Shown: positions 1 to 10,652, numbered from the stretch's first letter. The stretch is DNA of 64,000 nt from Candidatus Omnitrophota bacterium (GCA_015233335.1 JADFXX010000003.1:93694-157693), one strand, 5' to 3'. Program-made: numbers and translations. The notes: a model not told the origin generated them from the sequence alone.

Positions 1-2
1 TT

Positions 3-167
3 GACACATTGCTTAAATATTGGAAAGCTCATGCCAAACCAGATGAAAGTGTCGGATATTTTCATCGGCGTGTTGGGATGGAATCTATAATAACGCATCT
101 TAAGCAAAACCCAGTTACAGCTGACTTAATGGCTAAAACTATTAGCGCCGATTGTATTGTTGATTAA
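3..167 (+). CDS. 3' end of an ORF that begins upstream of the window; function not assignable
   Basis: Frame 3 is open from the window edge (...ESVGYFHRRVGMESIITHLKQNPVTADLMAKTISADCIVD*). It stops at TAA 165-167 and is followed by a hairpin terminator. It is absent from the ORF track because it has no start in the window. Confidence 0.35.
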   Translation, partial: DTLLKYWKAHAKPDESVGYFHRRVGMESIITHLKQNPVTADLMAKTISADCIVD

Positions 168-171
168 AAAA

Positions 172-215
172 AAGGAACGTCTCCAACTTTTACATTGAAG
201 ACGTCCTTGTTTTTT
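172..215. terminator. Bidirectional rho-independent terminator between convergent genes
   Basis: Arms aaggaacgtct (172-182) and agacgtcctt (199-208) form about 10 bp with one bulged A. An A-run lies 5' and a T-run (210-215) lies 3'. It sits between a + gene ending at 167 and a - gene ending at 239. Confidence 0.6.
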
Positions 216-238
216 AATAAGTTAAAAACTTTTATCTC

Positions 239-529
239 TTACTTTTTATCAGATTCTAAACCTTCTTTGATCTCCCGTATGGCTTCATCAATGGCGGCAA
301 TGGCTTTAACGCGATGTCCGGCATAATCGTGGGCAGCTTTTTCCAAATCACTTTTAGCGCCTTTGAGTTTACGCAAAGCCGCATGCATTTCCGGATGGCG
401 CTCATGATGGGCGGCTGCGGCATGGGTTGGCGTTGACGGCGCTGGTGTTGCCGCTGTCGGAGCTTGGGCAAAACTGACACCTGCTAAAAGGAAACTGCCG
501 AACAAAAACATAACAAAAACTTTTTTCAT
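239..529 (-). CDS. Small secreted His-rich protein, unknown function
   Basis: N-terminal signal peptide (MKKVFVMFLFGSFLLAGVSFAQA). The mature part is helical and rich in His, Ala and Lys. No recognisable motif. Confidence 0.6.
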   Translation of the reverse strand: MKKVFVMFLFGSFLLAGVSFAQAPTAATPAPSTPTHAAAAHHERHPEMHAALRKLKGAKSDLEKAAHDYAGHRVKAIAAIDEAIREIKEGLESDKK

Positions 530-669
530 ACGAGTCTCTCCTTCTTGACCCTGTTGCTAATAAAAGAACAGGTTTATGTTAAAAATTTAATAATGAAGTA
601 TATCTTATAGATTATTAGATTAAGATTAAAGTAATATTAAAAAAATCTTATTATTAAATCGACCAGACA

Positions 670-2478
670 TCAAATTTCATATTCCGATACCAGAACGACG
701 GCATTGAGCAAAAGATCTACGATTTTATTAACAGCGGCATCAGATTCCTCATTTTCTACCAGCATTAAGTCTACGCTTTCAGGGTTAAAACGGCTATCTT
801 CTCCGACACAAACAACCAAGGTACGGTTGGGGTTATTGAGTTTTTTGATCATCGCCAGCTCATAGTGGTCGATATCGGTGATACTGGTGATCAAGATAAG
901 CCCGGCATCTGTCATTAAATGAGCTAACTCTCCTAAATGAATAAGGGCATCGTATTTACTTAATACTTTATCTTTTGAATCCTGAGTTGCTAAAACCAAA
1001 CGATTTGAGACCCCTAAGAAATAGACATTTTTCCCTAAATTAAACAAAGCTTCTTCAAGCGCTTTGGCGATCCGTTGTTTGCCTGTATCAATCTTTCCGG
1101 CTATGACTATAAGGGCAGATTTATGCTGATATTTATGGGCACGCAGTTGAGGGGTAATCTGCGAACGTTCCCAGTTATAATCCCGTTTTTGTATATGCGT
1201 TTTTAAATTAGAATCAGTGTCAAAAATAGGCGCCAAAATAATCCCCCCTCCGGCAATCTCATAATTATCTACCAGAACAAAACGTCCGGTCGGGGCACTA
1301 TCAACGACTACATCAAAGGCAATCGGCTTCAAAGTCTCAAATATGATTTCCCCTACCTCATAACGATCTACGTGGGGTTCACGGCTGGAAGCTAAATCTG
1401 ATGCATCAAGGACTTGTACAATATCAGATACGATGACTGGAACCTGCTGGGTTAAGATTTTTAATTTGTAGGTTTTATCCTTGATCAAAGGTTGCTTGCC
1501 CATCCAAAATATATTCGCACGGAATTTATTCGTGACATGCGGTAACTTTTCTGAAGACTTGCAGAGAATTTCTCCCGGACGGATATAAATTTCGGTATCA
1601 TAAGTAAATCCTATGCTCTCTTGGGCAAAAGCTTCCCTGCGTGCGGGGCCATTAAAATATTCTACTGATTTAATACGATTTTTCTTGCCAGAAGGTAAAA
1701 AAACAATATCATCTCCGACTTTAATAGAGCCACACTCGACCCTGCCTGCGACGATTCGACGTTCATCACCGTCTTCGGTAAATTTATAAATATCCTGTAC
1801 CGGCATACGAAATGGCAACTGATCAAGAGGGGCCTCTTTTTTAAAACTATCAAGGACGTCTAAAACAGTGCCTCCTTTGTGCCAAGGCATATTTTTAGAA
1901 CCCGAGATCATATTATCACCATGAAAAGCGGCGATAGGTATAAATGATTTGGGCACAAGATCGATTTCAGCCAAAAATTGACTATAGTCTGTTTTGATCT
2001 TTTCAAACACTTTTTGATCATAACCGACCAGATCCATTTTGTTGACTAAAACCGCGATATTTTTAATGCCTAAAAAACGCATCATGTAACCATGGCGTTT
2101 AGAATTTTCCTTAATGCCTTCATGAGCGTCGATTAATAATAATGCTGCTTCGGCGCGCGCGGCACCTGAGATCATGTTCTTTAAGAATTCGATATGACCG
2201 GGAGCATCAATAATAATGTAATCGCGCTTAGAAGATTTAAAGAACGAGCGCGCGGTATCTATGGTAATGCCCTGTGCCTGCTCATCTTTGAGAGCATCCA
2301 GTAAAAAGGCATATTCAAATGGTTTGGCATTTTGTTTGCATTGCTGCTGGACAGCTTCTAGCTTGCCATCCGGCAAAGAGCCGGTATCTGCTAAAAGTCG
2401 GCCGACTAAAGTGCTTTTACCATGGTCCACATGGCCAACAATAACCACATTCATCCCTTCACGTTCTATGACCATCAC
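670..2478 (-). CDS. cysN: Sulfate adenylyltransferase subunit 1 (CysN GTPase) fused to a degenerate APS-kinase-like C-terminal domain
   Basis: EF-Tu-like GTPase motifs ([19 protein letters not shown]). The C-terminal ~150 aa align to CysC, but the Walker A reads GKIDTGKQR and the LDGDN motif is LGVSN. ATGA overlap with cysD. Confidence 0.9.
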   Translation of the reverse strand: MMVIEREGMNVVIVGHVDHGKSTLVGRLLADTGSLPDGKLEAVQQQCKQNAKPFEYAFLLDALKDEQAQGITIDTARSFFKSSKRDYIIIDAPGHIEFLKNMISGAARAEAALLLIDAHEGIKENSKRHGYMMRFLGIKNIAVLVNKMDLVGYDQKVFEKIKTDYSQFLAEIDLVPKSFIPIAAFHGDNMISGSKNMPWHKGGTVLDVLDSFKKEAPLDQLPFRMPVQDIYKFTEDGDERRIVAGRVECGSIKVGDDIVFLPSGKKNRIKSVEYFNGPARREAFAQESIGFTYDTEIYIRPGEILCKSSEKLPHVTNKFRANIFWMGKQPLIKDKTYKLKILTQQVPVIVSDIVQVLDASDLASSREPHVDRYEVGEIIFETLKPIAFDVVVDSAPTGRFVLVDNYEIAGGGIILAPIFDTDSNLKTHIQKRDYNWERSQITPQLRAHKYQHKSALIVIAGKIDTGKQRIAKALEEALFNLGKNVYFLGVSNRLVLATQDSKDKVLSKYDALIHLGELAHLMTDAGLILITSITDIDHYELAMIKKLNNPNRTLVVCVGEDSRFNPESVDLMLVENEESDAAVNKIVDLLLNAVVLVSEYEI

Positions 2479-3368
2479 ATATATCCTTCTCTGCGTAATT
2501 TTTCCAGGCCGCCGCCATCCTCTTTGTCCTGCGCGCGTCCCGATCGTTCAGCTATGTTTTTAAATTTACCTTCCCGTAATTCTTTGACTATATCAGACAC
2601 ATTCCGGGCACTGGAATGAACCGGTGTCGTGCAAGGATAGCAACCCAGTGACCGGTATCGTTTACCCTCACCCTGGTCAAAATACAATTTAGTAATGGGA
2701 ATATTCTCACGCTCGATATATTCCCAAATGTTTAACTCTGTCCAGTCAAGTAAGGGATGAATGCGTATGTGCGTGCCCGGCGCGAAATCAGTCTTAAACT
2801 GGTTCCAAAGTTCAGGGGGTTGGTCGCCGACATCCCAGTCGCTGTTCCTGTCACGCGGAGAGAAATAACGTTCTTTGGAACGTGATCCTTCCTCATCAGC
2901 CCGAGCCCCTACGATAACACCGATATAAGGTTCGGTATTAGTGTCTTGTTCGTATTGGCCGGTTTTATGATTAAGCCGCAAGCGGGGCCATGCTCCCGAC
3001 AAAGTGTTTTTTAAGGCATCCGATTTAAGCGCCTTACAGCAGCTGATTCGGTCGACTGTCCCATCAGGATAAGAGCGCTTGTCTTTTAAGGCTTGGGTGT
3101 TCTGTCCTACAATCATGTTCAATTTAAATTGTAAGGCTAACTCATCACGGTATTTAATCATTTCAGGGATTTTATAGCTGGTATCTATGTGCACTAAAGA
3201 AAACGGCACATGCCCAAAAAATGCCTTTCGCGCCAGCCATAACAGCACGGTTGAATCCTTACCGATCGACCATAACATGACCAATGATTTAAATTCCCGG
3301 TAGGCTTCTCGTAAGATATATACGCTTTGAGACTCTAAAGTGTCTAATTTGTCTATTGTTTTTCCCAT
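2475..3368 (-). CDS. cysD: Sulfate adenylyltransferase subunit 2
   Basis: PP-loop [10 protein letters not shown] and CysD-like sequence throughout. Start moved to ATG 3368 (MGKTIDKLD...), just downstream of the cysH stop; the longer ORF-track start overlaps cysH. Confidence 0.92.
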   Translation of the reverse strand: MGKTIDKLDTLESQSVYILREAYREFKSLVMLWSIGKDSTVLLWLARKAFFGHVPFSLVHIDTSYKIPEMIKYRDELALQFKLNMIVGQNTQALKDKRSYPDGTVDRISCCKALKSDALKNTLSGAWPRLRLNHKTGQYEQDTNTEPYIGVIVGARADEEGSRSKERYFSPRDRNSDWDVGDQPPELWNQFKTDFAPGTHIRIHPLLDWTELNIWEYIERENIPITKLYFDQGEGKRYRSLGCYPCTTPVHSSARNVSDIVKELREGKFKNIAERSGRAQDKEDGGGLEKLRREGYM

Positions 3369-3369
3369 A

Positions 3370-4089
3370 TTAGGGCCTTTTCGGATTGTTGTGCAGACCG
3401 CATTCCTTCTGGTTAGGATTTTCCCACCACCAGCGTCCGGCACGGATATCTTCCCCGGGCTTAATGGCACGGGTGCATGGTGCGCATCCGATGGAAATGA
3501 ACCCAAGGGCGTGTAAAGGATTGATATCAACATTATTGATCTTGATGTAATCCCGGACTTGATCTAATGACCAGTTATAAAGGGGATTAAATTTTATCTT
3601 ATTGTTGCTTTCGTCCCACTCTACGGCCTCAAGCTTTCCCCGAGTGGGGGCCTGGTCACGGCGAAGCCCGACCATCCAGGCATCCACATTCTTTAAGGCT
3701 CTCTGCAGGGGCTCGACCTTTCGGACACGGCAACAAAATTTACGATTCTCAATGCTTTCATAAAACAAATTAATGCCCCGGGTATTGACCATTTGTTCAA
3801 CAGCCTGATTGTCAGGGTAATAAGTCTTAAAATTCAAGTGGGCATATTTGGCTTTATTTTTGGCCATGAGTGTGTACGCTTCTGGATATAAACGTCCGGT
3901 GTCCAAAGTAAAGATTTCGATGGCCGGCGCTATTTTGGCCACCATATCCGTAATAACCTGGTCTTCTTCCCCAAGACTGGTGGCAAAATTGATTTTTGCG
4001 CCAAATTCATCATACGCCATCTTGATCATATTTAGAGGGTCAAGACTATGCGCCAGGTTATTGAGTTGGGAAACATCGCGAATACTCAT
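3370..4089 (-). CDS. cysH: Assimilatory adenylyl-sulfate (APS)/PAPS reductase, Fe-S cluster type
   Basis: C-terminal catalytic KECGLH motif. The Cys-Cys pair (FCCRVRK) and CxxC (GCAPCT) are typical of [4Fe-4S] APS reductases. Confidence 0.9.
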   Translation of the reverse strand: MSIRDVSQLNNLAHSLDPLNMIKMAYDEFGAKINFATSLGEEDQVITDMVAKIAPAIEIFTLDTGRLYPEAYTLMAKNKAKYAHLNFKTYYPDNQAVEQMVNTRGINLFYESIENRKFCCRVRKVEPLQRALKNVDAWMVGLRRDQAPTRGKLEAVEWDESNNKIKFNPLYNWSLDQVRDYIKINNVDINPLHALGFISIGCAPCTRAIKPGEDIRAGRWWWENPNQKECGLHNNPKRP

Positions 4090-4580
4090 GATGATCGGGC
4101 TCCTTGAACGAATTCATGGATCTTCTCCTTAATGAAATCTCGGGCCAATTTTGCTCTAGCTGGAGCGCGTCCTTGAGAATTGATAGATACTACCAGATCT
4201 TCTTCGACCATAACTGCCGGGGATATAAAGGAGCAGGCATCAATATCGTCTGCTGTGTTGCATAAAATGCCTAGTTTTTTGGCATCATGACTGATCGCTC
4301 GGTTTATTCTTTTATCAGAAGTGCACGCATAAACAAGACTTGCTTGTTTAAGGAATTTCTTGTCATAGGATGATTCTAAAAAATGGACCGATAATGCTTT
4401 AATTTCAGGAATAATTCTTTTTGAAATAACAGTCACATGTGCACCAAAAAGAATAATGGTTTTTAATTTTTGAAAAGCGACCTTCCCTCCTCCTATGACA
4501 ACGACCGGCTTGTCTTTGACATCAATGGCAAGGGGAAGAAAGCGCATAGGGCGTTTTTGTCTAAAGCTTTTCTCAATCAT
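4086..4580 (-). CDS. Precorrin-2 dehydrogenase / sirohydrochlorin ferrochelatase (CysG N-terminal-domain-like, SirC-type)
   Basis: Rossmann motif VVVIGGGKVAFQK and siroheme-synthase N-domain-like sequence. Start set to ATG 4580 (MIEKSF...), which overlaps the cobA stop by 8 nt. ATG 4547 is an alternative. Confidence 0.75.
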   Translation of the reverse strand: MIEKSFRQKRPMRFLPLAIDVKDKPVVVIGGGKVAFQKLKTIILFGAHVTVISKRIIPEIKALSVHFLESSYDKKFLKQASLVYACTSDKRINRAISHDAKKLGILCNTADDIDACSFISPAVMVEEDLVVSINSQGRAPARAKLARDFIKEKIHEFVQGARSS

Positions 4581-5304
4581 GGCCGGAATCCTTAATAATA
4601 AAAATGGCCGGAGCAATAATGCCCCTTTTTTTGACAGCCGATGACACATCTTTGAGTCGTGTTATCGCAACTTTTTGATTCGACCTGCCTGCATTTGAAA
4701 TGGCTGTTATAGAAGTATTTGGCGATTTTCCGGCTTTTATTAGTTTTAAAGCGATTTTAGAAATATTTTTGACAGCCATGTATAACACAATCGTGTTATG
4801 TTTTGAAATATTCTTCCAATCGATCACAGGACTGATTTTTTCTTCTGCTTCATGTCCGGTGACAAAAACAACACTTGAGCCGCTTATACGGTCAGTTAAG
4901 GGGATATTAAAAAATGCCGCACCAAACTGAGCCGCTGAAACGCCCGGGACAATTTCAAATTCGATCCCGTTATGACCGAGGGCTTCGAGCTCTTCAGTAA
5001 TACGTCCGAAAATAAGCGGGTCTCCATTCTTGAGCCGGGCAACTATTTTTCCTTCCTTGGCTTTAGAAACTATCAAGCTGTTGATCTTGAGCTGTGAACG
5101 GCGGGCATCAGCGCCATGGATCTTTCCCAAATCACGACAATTAAAGAGCTGGGCACCCTGCTTTACTTCAGAAAGCAAATCCTTATCCGTTAGATAATCA
5201 TAGATGATAACATCAGCCTGACGTAAAAGCGCTAAACCTTTGACCGTGATCAAGTCTTTTCCTGCCGGTCCGGCACCGATTAAGTAGACTTTACCTTTTT
5301 TCAT
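4573..5304 (-). CDS. cobA: Uroporphyrinogen-III C-methyltransferase
   Basis: VYLIGAGPAGKDLITVKG...ADVIIYD, a tetrapyrrole methylase signature. Sits with the sirC-like and cys genes. Confidence 0.9.
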   Translation of the reverse strand: MKKGKVYLIGAGPAGKDLITVKGLALLRQADVIIYDYLTDKDLLSEVKQGAQLFNCRDLGKIHGADARRSQLKINSLIVSKAKEGKIVARLKNGDPLIFGRITEELEALGHNGIEFEIVPGVSAAQFGAAFFNIPLTDRISGSSVVFVTGHEAEEKISPVIDWKNISKHNTIVLYMAVKNISKIALKLIKAGKSPNTSITAISNAGRSNQKVAITRLKDVSSAVKKRGIIAPAIFIIKDSGHD

Positions 5305-5400
5305 ACGCGATATTCAGCAAACGTCTGTAGGGTATAGCAAATAACACTGCTTCATTGAAAAGTTTTATAATGTTATCATGAAATGAGATTTGCTCAACTT

Positions 5401-6444
5401 CTATTTAATTAGTTTGCTAATAATTCTGGTAGTGCCAGACGGCATAGGATATTTAATGAAATTAATGGGTTTGACCCACCTATGCGTTGAATCGGTCTTA
5501 GGCGGACTGCCTGTTTTACAATCGAACACAGATAAATGTGCTTTAAATTGGGTGTAAAAATGATTTACGTCAAATAGATGCCTCGCTGATATTAATTTGA
5601 TCCCTAACTCTTCTTTGATTTCTCGAATAAGCGCTTGTTTTTTTGACTCACCCGCTCGAATTTTACCGCCCGGGAACTCCCATAAATCCGCGAGCAGTCC
5701 GCTAGAGGGACGTTTTTGAATATAATAAAAATCGTTGTTTTTGATGATGGCGATAACAGCATGAACGTCCTTGATGATCTTACTTTTGCGTTGAGGGATA
5801 GTATGTTGCTTATTTTCTTTGTGAGAATGGCAATACTTATCTTGCGGACATGACTTACAATCAGGATCTTTGACGCGGCAAACTAATGCGCCTAATTCCA
5901 TTAAGGCCTGATTAAAATCGCCCGCGCCTTTAGGGGGCAGAACTTTAAGCAAAAATTGATTAATTATTGGATCTTGCTTTGTATCGGCTTGACCCGGCAA
6001 TGCCAATAAGCGCATAACTAGCCGCCGGACATTGGCATCAATAATCGTTAAAGGCATATTGTAAGCAATACTTAAAACTGAACCTGTGGTGTAAGGGCCA
6101 AAGCCCGGCAATGAGCGAACGTTTATGGGATTTTTGGGGATTTGACCATTATAATTTTTAATAATAAGAAGAGCCGCTTTATGCAGATTTTTAGCACGAT
6201 TATAATACCCCAAACCCTCCCAGAGCTTTAGCACTCTTTGCAGGGGCGCTTGAGCTAAATCATGGACCGTCGGAAAAGTTTTGATCCATTTTTTATAATA
6301 AGGAATGACCGCATTAATCGTAGTTTGCTGGAGCATGACTTCGGAAATCCATATTTTATATGGATCTTTGGTGTGGCGCCATGGGAGGTCGCGCTTATTT
6401 TTGACGTACCAGCACATTAAATCACGGGAGAAATATTTAAGCAT
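5401..6444 (-). CDS. mutY: A/G-specific adenine DNA glycosylase
   Basis: HhH-GPD glycosylase core, Fe-S Cys cluster (CRVKDPDCKSCPQDKYC) and a C-terminal NUDIX-like domain. Confidence 0.9.
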   Translation of the reverse strand: MLKYFSRDLMCWYVKNKRDLPWRHTKDPYKIWISEVMLQQTTINAVIPYYKKWIKTFPTVHDLAQAPLQRVLKLWEGLGYYNRAKNLHKAALLIIKNYNGQIPKNPINVRSLPGFGPYTTGSVLSIAYNMPLTIIDANVRRLVMRLLALPGQADTKQDPIINQFLLKVLPPKGAGDFNQALMELGALVCRVKDPDCKSCPQDKYCHSHKENKQHTIPQRKSKIIKDVHAVIAIIKNNDFYYIQKRPSSGLLADLWEFPGGKIRAGESKKQALIREIKEELGIKLISARHLFDVNHFYTQFKAHLSVFDCKTGSPPKTDSTHRWVKPINFIKYPMPSGTTRIISKLIK

Positions 6445-6455
6445 GACGGATCAGA

Positions 6456-7313
6456 TTAATAAATAATGTTCAAAGGATGAGCAGACCGTGAGACTTGAAC
6501 TTCAGCCGCAAAAGAAAAAGGCAGGCATACATGTGAACCGTCTACAAAAACAGCTCCCTCTCTCATTAAAGAAGTCGCTGTAATTGTTTGATGCGGTTTT
6601 AGCACACCACCATTAAGGATGTAACTAAGATTACGTCCATGATAAAGTTCTCGCGGCTTATACTGAAAGGCTTGCGCCTTCTGAGGCAGGATTTTGCCGC
6701 CGGCTGAACAAATTCCTCCCGTGGAACCGGCGGCTGTCGCAATCCAAATGCCTGAAGATCTTTGTTCTTCTTTTATTTTCCCAACGGTCAGGTAATAACG
6801 GCTCATGGCCGCAGGATTTTGATGGCAAATCAGAATATCGTTAAGCACGTTGATGGGACGGGTTGAATCGTTAAAAGATAATCTTAGGCGGCTGAATTTC
6901 TTGATATCTGCAGAACGTCTTAAAATTTTATCCAAGAGGGATTCAAAATTCTTAGGATTGCCGGAACAAAAACGACCGACACTCCATGCGGGATCTGAGT
7001 TGATCCCCCAGATGGTTTGGTGGACCAGATGGCGGGCCGCTTCCAAAAAAGTACCGTCTCCGCCAAGGGTGATGATCAAGTCATAACGGTTATAATCAAT
7101 AGAAGTACCGCGGCAGGCCTTGGCGAATTTTAATTTCCTGTTTTTCAAGATTTTCTCAACATGAGACAGGCTCCAAAAATGATTATCGTGAGTATTGCGA
7201 AAACGCCTGATCTGGCTGTCATCTAACATCCCTTTTAGCTGGGCCAATCTGCGGCGGTCGCTTAAAAAATATCCGGCATAGGTGCTGTTTTTATAAAATA
7301 GAAGGATTTTCAT
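6456..7313 (-). CDS. nadK: NAD kinase
   Basis: GGDGTFL motif and NAD-kinase-like C-terminal half. Confidence 0.85.
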   Translation of the reverse strand: MKILLFYKNSTYAGYFLSDRRRLAQLKGMLDDSQIRRFRNTHDNHFWSLSHVEKILKNRKLKFAKACRGTSIDYNRYDLIITLGGDGTFLEAARHLVHQTIWGINSDPAWSVGRFCSGNPKNFESLLDKILRRSADIKKFSRLRLSFNDSTRPINVLNDILICHQNPAAMSRYYLTVGKIKEEQRSSGIWIATAAGSTGGICSAGGKILPQKAQAFQYKPRELYHGRNLSYILNGGVLKPHQTITATSLMREGAVFVDGSHVCLPFSFAAEVQVSRSAHPLNIIY

Positions 7314-7314
7314 A

Positions 7315-7971
7315 TTATGATTTGATAAGCTTCACCTTGGTTCTGATCTCCTTATAGGAAGAAAATACGGCATCGGCCTCTTTTAAATAAGAACGAGGCA
7401 GAGATGTTTCCAGGGCCAGACAGAAAAGTCCAGCTGCCCGGGCTGAACGGATGCCAAACGGGGCATTTTCAAAGACAATGGCATCAGCAGGTTTAATTTT
7501 TAATTTTTGTAAGGCCTTTAAATATGGTTCCGGATGAGGTTTGCCATTTTGCACATCACAACCGCATACGGTTGCGGTAAAACAATCCCATAGATCAGGT
7601 GGAAGAAGTTTTTTCGCTTCTGTCCGTGATGTGCCGGTCACTAGGCCAAGAACAAAACCCCGGTTTTTAAGATTTTTGATAAATCCCCTGCTTCCGGCAA
7701 TAAATTTTTGTTGGAATATTTTTTTAAACAGATCCTCTTTCATTTTGAGGATTTTTCGGCCGACACGATCAGTATAAATCTTCTTTTTCTCATGAAAAAT
7801 TTCTCGTACACTGTCAATGCCCTTTTGTCCTTCACGCTTGTAAATATCTTCATGGCTCACGGTAATGCCTTCGCAGGCAAATACAGCCTCCCATGCCTGA
7901 AAGTGGTAAGGCATGGTATCTGTGATGACACCATCCATGTCAAAAATAATCGTAGAAATTTTAAAATGCAT
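7315..7971 (-). CDS. HAD-superfamily hydrolase (beta-phosphoglucomutase-like subfamily)
   Basis: Motif I IIFDMDGVITDT, plus LVTGTSR and a C-terminal ENAPFGI motif. Start moved to ATG 7971, downstream of the neighbouring gene stop at 7994. Confidence 0.8.
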   Translation of the reverse strand: MHFKISTIIFDMDGVITDTMPYHFQAWEAVFACEGITVSHEDIYKREGQKGIDSVREIFHEKKKIYTDRVGRKILKMKEDLFKKIFQQKFIAGSRGFIKNLKNRGFVLGLVTGTSRTEAKKLLPPDLWDCFTATVCGCDVQNGKPHPEPYLKALQKLKIKPADAIVFENAPFGIRSARAAGLFCLALETSLPRSYLKEADAVFSSYKEIRTKVKLIKS

Positions 7972-7993
7972 GGGGACTGAGTTTTTGGGACTC

Positions 7994-8452
7994 TTACTGG
8001 CGCTGAAAATCACGCCGTTCCTGATCGAGCTCTCTTTTTTCATTACGTACTGCCCGATCAAGTTCCTTTTGGCGATCTGCTTCAGCTTTCTTCTCAGCTC
8101 TGGCTTCAGCTTCTTCCTGTCTTAGTTTAGCTTTCTCTGCACGCGCATCTGTCAATTTTTGGCGCTTGAGTTCTTTTTCTTTTTGCGCTTTGGCCCTAGC
8201 ATCCGCTTTTTCTTGTTTTTGCTGGGCGATTAGATCTTTTTTATATTGAATCAGAAAACTTCTACGCTCTTCATACGTAGAATCTTCCCAATCTTTTTTG
8301 TATTCATTACCAAATGTAAAACGCACAAAAAAGGGGGCTTTGTTAAGGTCAGGGCCATATTCATTTTGCAGCTTAGCGTCACTTGCTTTAGCAAAACAAA
8401 TGGTTGACAATAGCAACATCAAAATCAGAGTATTTAATAAATTTTTAACCAT
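7994..8452 (-). CDS. Secreted protein with a K/E/R/A-rich coiled-coil tail, unknown function
   Basis: Signal peptide MVKNLLNTLILMLLLSTICFAKA, followed by a charged low-complexity helix. Confidence 0.55.
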   Translation of the reverse strand: MVKNLLNTLILMLLLSTICFAKASDAKLQNEYGPDLNKAPFFVRFTFGNEYKKDWEDSTYEERRSFLIQYKKDLIAQQKQEKADARAKAQKEKELKRQKLTDARAEKAKLRQEEAEARAEKKAEADRQKELDRAVRNEKRELDQERRDFQRQ

Positions 8453-8527
8453 AGCCTATACTCCCAAGATAAGTATATCATAAAAATATTTCTTACGGTA
8501 TTGCAAGGCTGTGGCTCTTAAAGGCAT

Positions 8528-8989
8528 TCATTTAATCTGAGAGCGGATGCTTTTGAAGAATGCCTTGTCTTTAGGATGGGTCAATAAATTTTCGACCTGA
8601 TCACAATCAACCCAGCGGGCCTGGGGATTCGAGGGATCTCTTGGGGCTAGATCATTTTGACGGGTCTTAAATAAAAAGAAACAGATCACCTTCCATTCCT
8701 TTTTATCTTCACCTCCACTTATACCGATCTTATAACGGCCATAGACTCCGAGCATCTGAATAAAATGAAGAGCACCCACGCCTGATTCTTCCATGATCTC
8801 GCGACTTGCTGTCTCCAGAGGATCTTCACCGGCCTCCACATGCCCTTTAGGCAAAGACCATGTCCTTGAGTTTTGATTAACCAGCAAAACCTGGCCTTGA
8901 GGATTTATAACTACCCCACCAGTTGAGACAGTAACTTTACTTTGTATAGGTTCCATGATCGGCTCCATAGAAATTCTTTCCGATTTCAA
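8528..8989 (-). CDS. NUDIX hydrolase
   Basis: Nudix box [22 protein letters not shown]. The start is uncertain (ATGs at 8989, 8968, 8956) and all options overlap the queH 3' end. Confidence 0.8.
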   Translation of the reverse strand: MKSERISMEPIMEPIQSKVTVSTGGVVINPQGQVLLVNQNSRTWSLPKGHVEAGEDPLETASREIMEESGVGALHFIQMLGVYGRYKIGISGGEDKKEWKVICFFLFKTRQNDLAPRDPSNPQARWVDCDQVENLLTHPKDKAFFKSIRSQIK

Positions 8990-9608
8990 TGGGGGCTATC
9001 CCTTTTTGAATACGCTGATGATTGGCGTCTCTTAAAGAATAAACACACCCGCAATATTCCTGTTTATAAAATCTCTCGCGTTTGGCAATAGTATACATAC
9101 GTTCAGAACCGCCGTATTTGCGCCAGTTATGGGTCCAATAAACCATATGCGGATAACGGCTGGCGGCATGCTGGCCACAACTATTGACTTGATCTAAGTC
9201 TTTCCATCTTGACATTCCAAGGGACGATGTGATCACGTCAAAACCATGCTCGTGGGCATAAAGCGCCGTACGTTCAAAGCGCATATCAAAACATCTGCCG
9301 CAACGTGAAGATCGCTCACCTTCAAACTCCAATCCCTCAACACGGTTAAACCAGCTTGATGTATCATAGTCCCCATCCACAAAAGGTACATTCATTTTAT
9401 TGGCATAAGAAATATTTTCATTCTTGCGTATTTCATACTCTTGGCGAGGATGCGTATTAGGATTATAAAAGAAGATTGTAAAGTCGATACCAGATGCGCT
9501 CATCATTTCCATCAATTCACCCGAGCACGGGGCACAGCAGGAGTGCAAAAGTATTTTTTTTGAATTATTTGGCGGTTTTAACGGTTGGGGAATAAATTTA
9601 TCTGGCAT
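8937..9608 (-). CDS. queH: Epoxyqueuosine reductase QueH
   Basis: [10 protein letters not shown] motif and DUF208-like sequence. Start moved to ATG 9608, because the longer ORF would run through the csp terminator hairpin. Confidence 0.8.
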   Translation of the reverse strand: MPDKFIPQPLKPPNNSKKILLHSCCAPCSGELMEMMSASGIDFTIFFYNPNTHPRQEYEIRKNENISYANKMNVPFVDGDYDTSSWFNRVEGLEFEGERSSRCGRCFDMRFERTALYAHEHGFDVITSSLGMSRWKDLDQVNSCGQHAASRYPHMVYWTHNWRKYGGSERMYTIAKRERFYKQEYCGCVYSLRDANHQRIQKGIAPIEIGKNFYGADHGTYTK

Positions 9609-9640
9609 AAAAAAATAGGCCTGGTTTTGCAACCAGGCCT
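9609..9640 (-). terminator. Rho-independent terminator of csp
   Basis: Perfect 10-bp stem aggcctggtt/aaccaggcct (9617-9626 / 9631-9640) with a 4-nt loop. On the minus strand it is followed by a U-run (9609-9616). Confidence 0.8.
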
Positions 9641-9657
9641 TGGAGTATTCATTTGAT

Positions 9658-9861
9658 TTATGCTGCTTTGGTAACATTCACGGCTTGCTCTCCCTTAGGG
9701 CCTTGCTGAATATCAAATTCAACTTCCTGGCCTTCTTCTAAGGTCCTATAGCCGTCTGATTTGATCGCGGTGTGGTGAACAAAAACATCTTTTCCATTTT
9801 CAGGGGTGATGAATCCATAACCTTTTTGATTATTGAACCATTTGACTTTACCTTTTGCCAT
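9658..9861 (-). CDS. cspA: Cold-shock protein (CspA family)
   Basis: RNP1 KGYGFI and RNP2 VFVHH motifs; 67 aa. Confidence 0.95.
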   Translation of the reverse strand: MAKGKVKWFNNQKGYGFITPENGKDVFVHHTAIKSDGYRTLEEGQEVEFDIQQGPKGEQAVNVTKAA

Positions 9862-9890
9862 TACTTTGTTCCTCCTTCTTGTTACACTGC

Positions 9891-9928
9891 TTGTTCTTAT
9901 TTATACTACTTGTTCTTATTTATACTAC
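9891..9928 (-). repeat. Perfect 19-bp tandem duplication in the csp 5' leader
   Basis: ttgttcttatttatactac occurs at 9891-9909 and again at 9910-9928. Confidence 0.9.
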
Positions 9929-9982
9929 TTTTCCCAAGTATCTCGCAGATTTATTTAATTGTCAAATAATTCCTCTCAAAGG

Positions 9983-10465
9983 CTATTGGGAAACTGCCTG
10001 ACTTTCGGCGGAAGGGTTATTGACTTCCGAAGGTTTATTTAAATACGCAGATAAAGCTTTCCATGTTTTACGCCCGACTTTCCCATCCGGTTTTAAACTG
10101 TTTTGGGACTGAAAAGCTTCTATAGCTTTTTTGGTCTTGGGGCCGATATTACCGTCGACTTTTCCGTCATAAAGACCGGCATTCTTCAAGGCCTGCTGGA
10201 TCAATTTGGGTGTAGGCTTACTCAAAGCATCAGCGCCTGACGCCACAGGTTCAATCGCTTGGGCAGCGGCGGCCGCAGCGTTCTCAACCACCACGGGGAC
10301 TGCATTGGTCACATCCACATTTTGGGCAGAATTATCAGTCACAGAAACAACATTCTCCGTGACCACTCCGTTAAGTTCAGCAGCTTCGTCTTTTTTCTTT
10401 TTGTTGCACCCGATCAATGTCGTTAGACCAAACACCACCACTAGCACCAGGACCAAGTTTTTCAT
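9983..10465 (-). CDS. Lipoprotein with C-terminal peptidoglycan-binding domain
   Basis: Lipobox LIGC. The C-terminus (LKNAGLYDGKVDGNIGPKTKKAIEAFQ...DGKVGRKTW) matches the PG_binding_1 pattern. Confidence 0.8.
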   Translation of the reverse strand: MKNLVLVLVVVFGLTTLIGCNKKKKDEAAELNGVVTENVVSVTDNSAQNVDVTNAVPVVVENAAAAAAQAIEPVASGADALSKPTPKLIQQALKNAGLYDGKVDGNIGPKTKKAIEAFQSQNSLKPDGKVGRKTWKALSAYLNKPSEVNNPSAESQAVSQ

Positions 10466-10620
10466 AATTCTCCCTCAATCGATAATATTGTTAATAAAAA
10501 TCTTTATACTTTTATCTTACTTCTGAATTTTTTAATGTCAATTCTCTTTAAATAAAAATTATGAACTAAAATTATTCAATAAATATCATTTTTAACCAAA
10601 TATCTTTATCTAAGAATGAA

Positions 10621-10652
10621 ATAAAAAAGGGCTATAGCATTTGCTATAGCCC
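10621..10652 (-). terminator. Rho-independent terminator ending the nuo-fprA transcription unit
   Basis: Stem gggctatagc(a)/(t)gctatagccc (10629-10652). On the minus strand it is followed by a U-run (10621-10628). Confidence 0.75.

Noticed and set aside
2475-3533. Long N-terminal extensions in the ORF track for cysD. The same occurs for sirC-like 4649, HAD 8061, queH 9677, nuoM 15180, nuoH 19098, pstB 41961, HK 50719, the FAD subunit 32754, metH 32748 and the DGR target 39389.
   Set aside because: Each extension overlaps the upstream gene or a terminator/repeat and lacks family similarity. Internal ATGs that give ATGA coupling or an SD were preferred.
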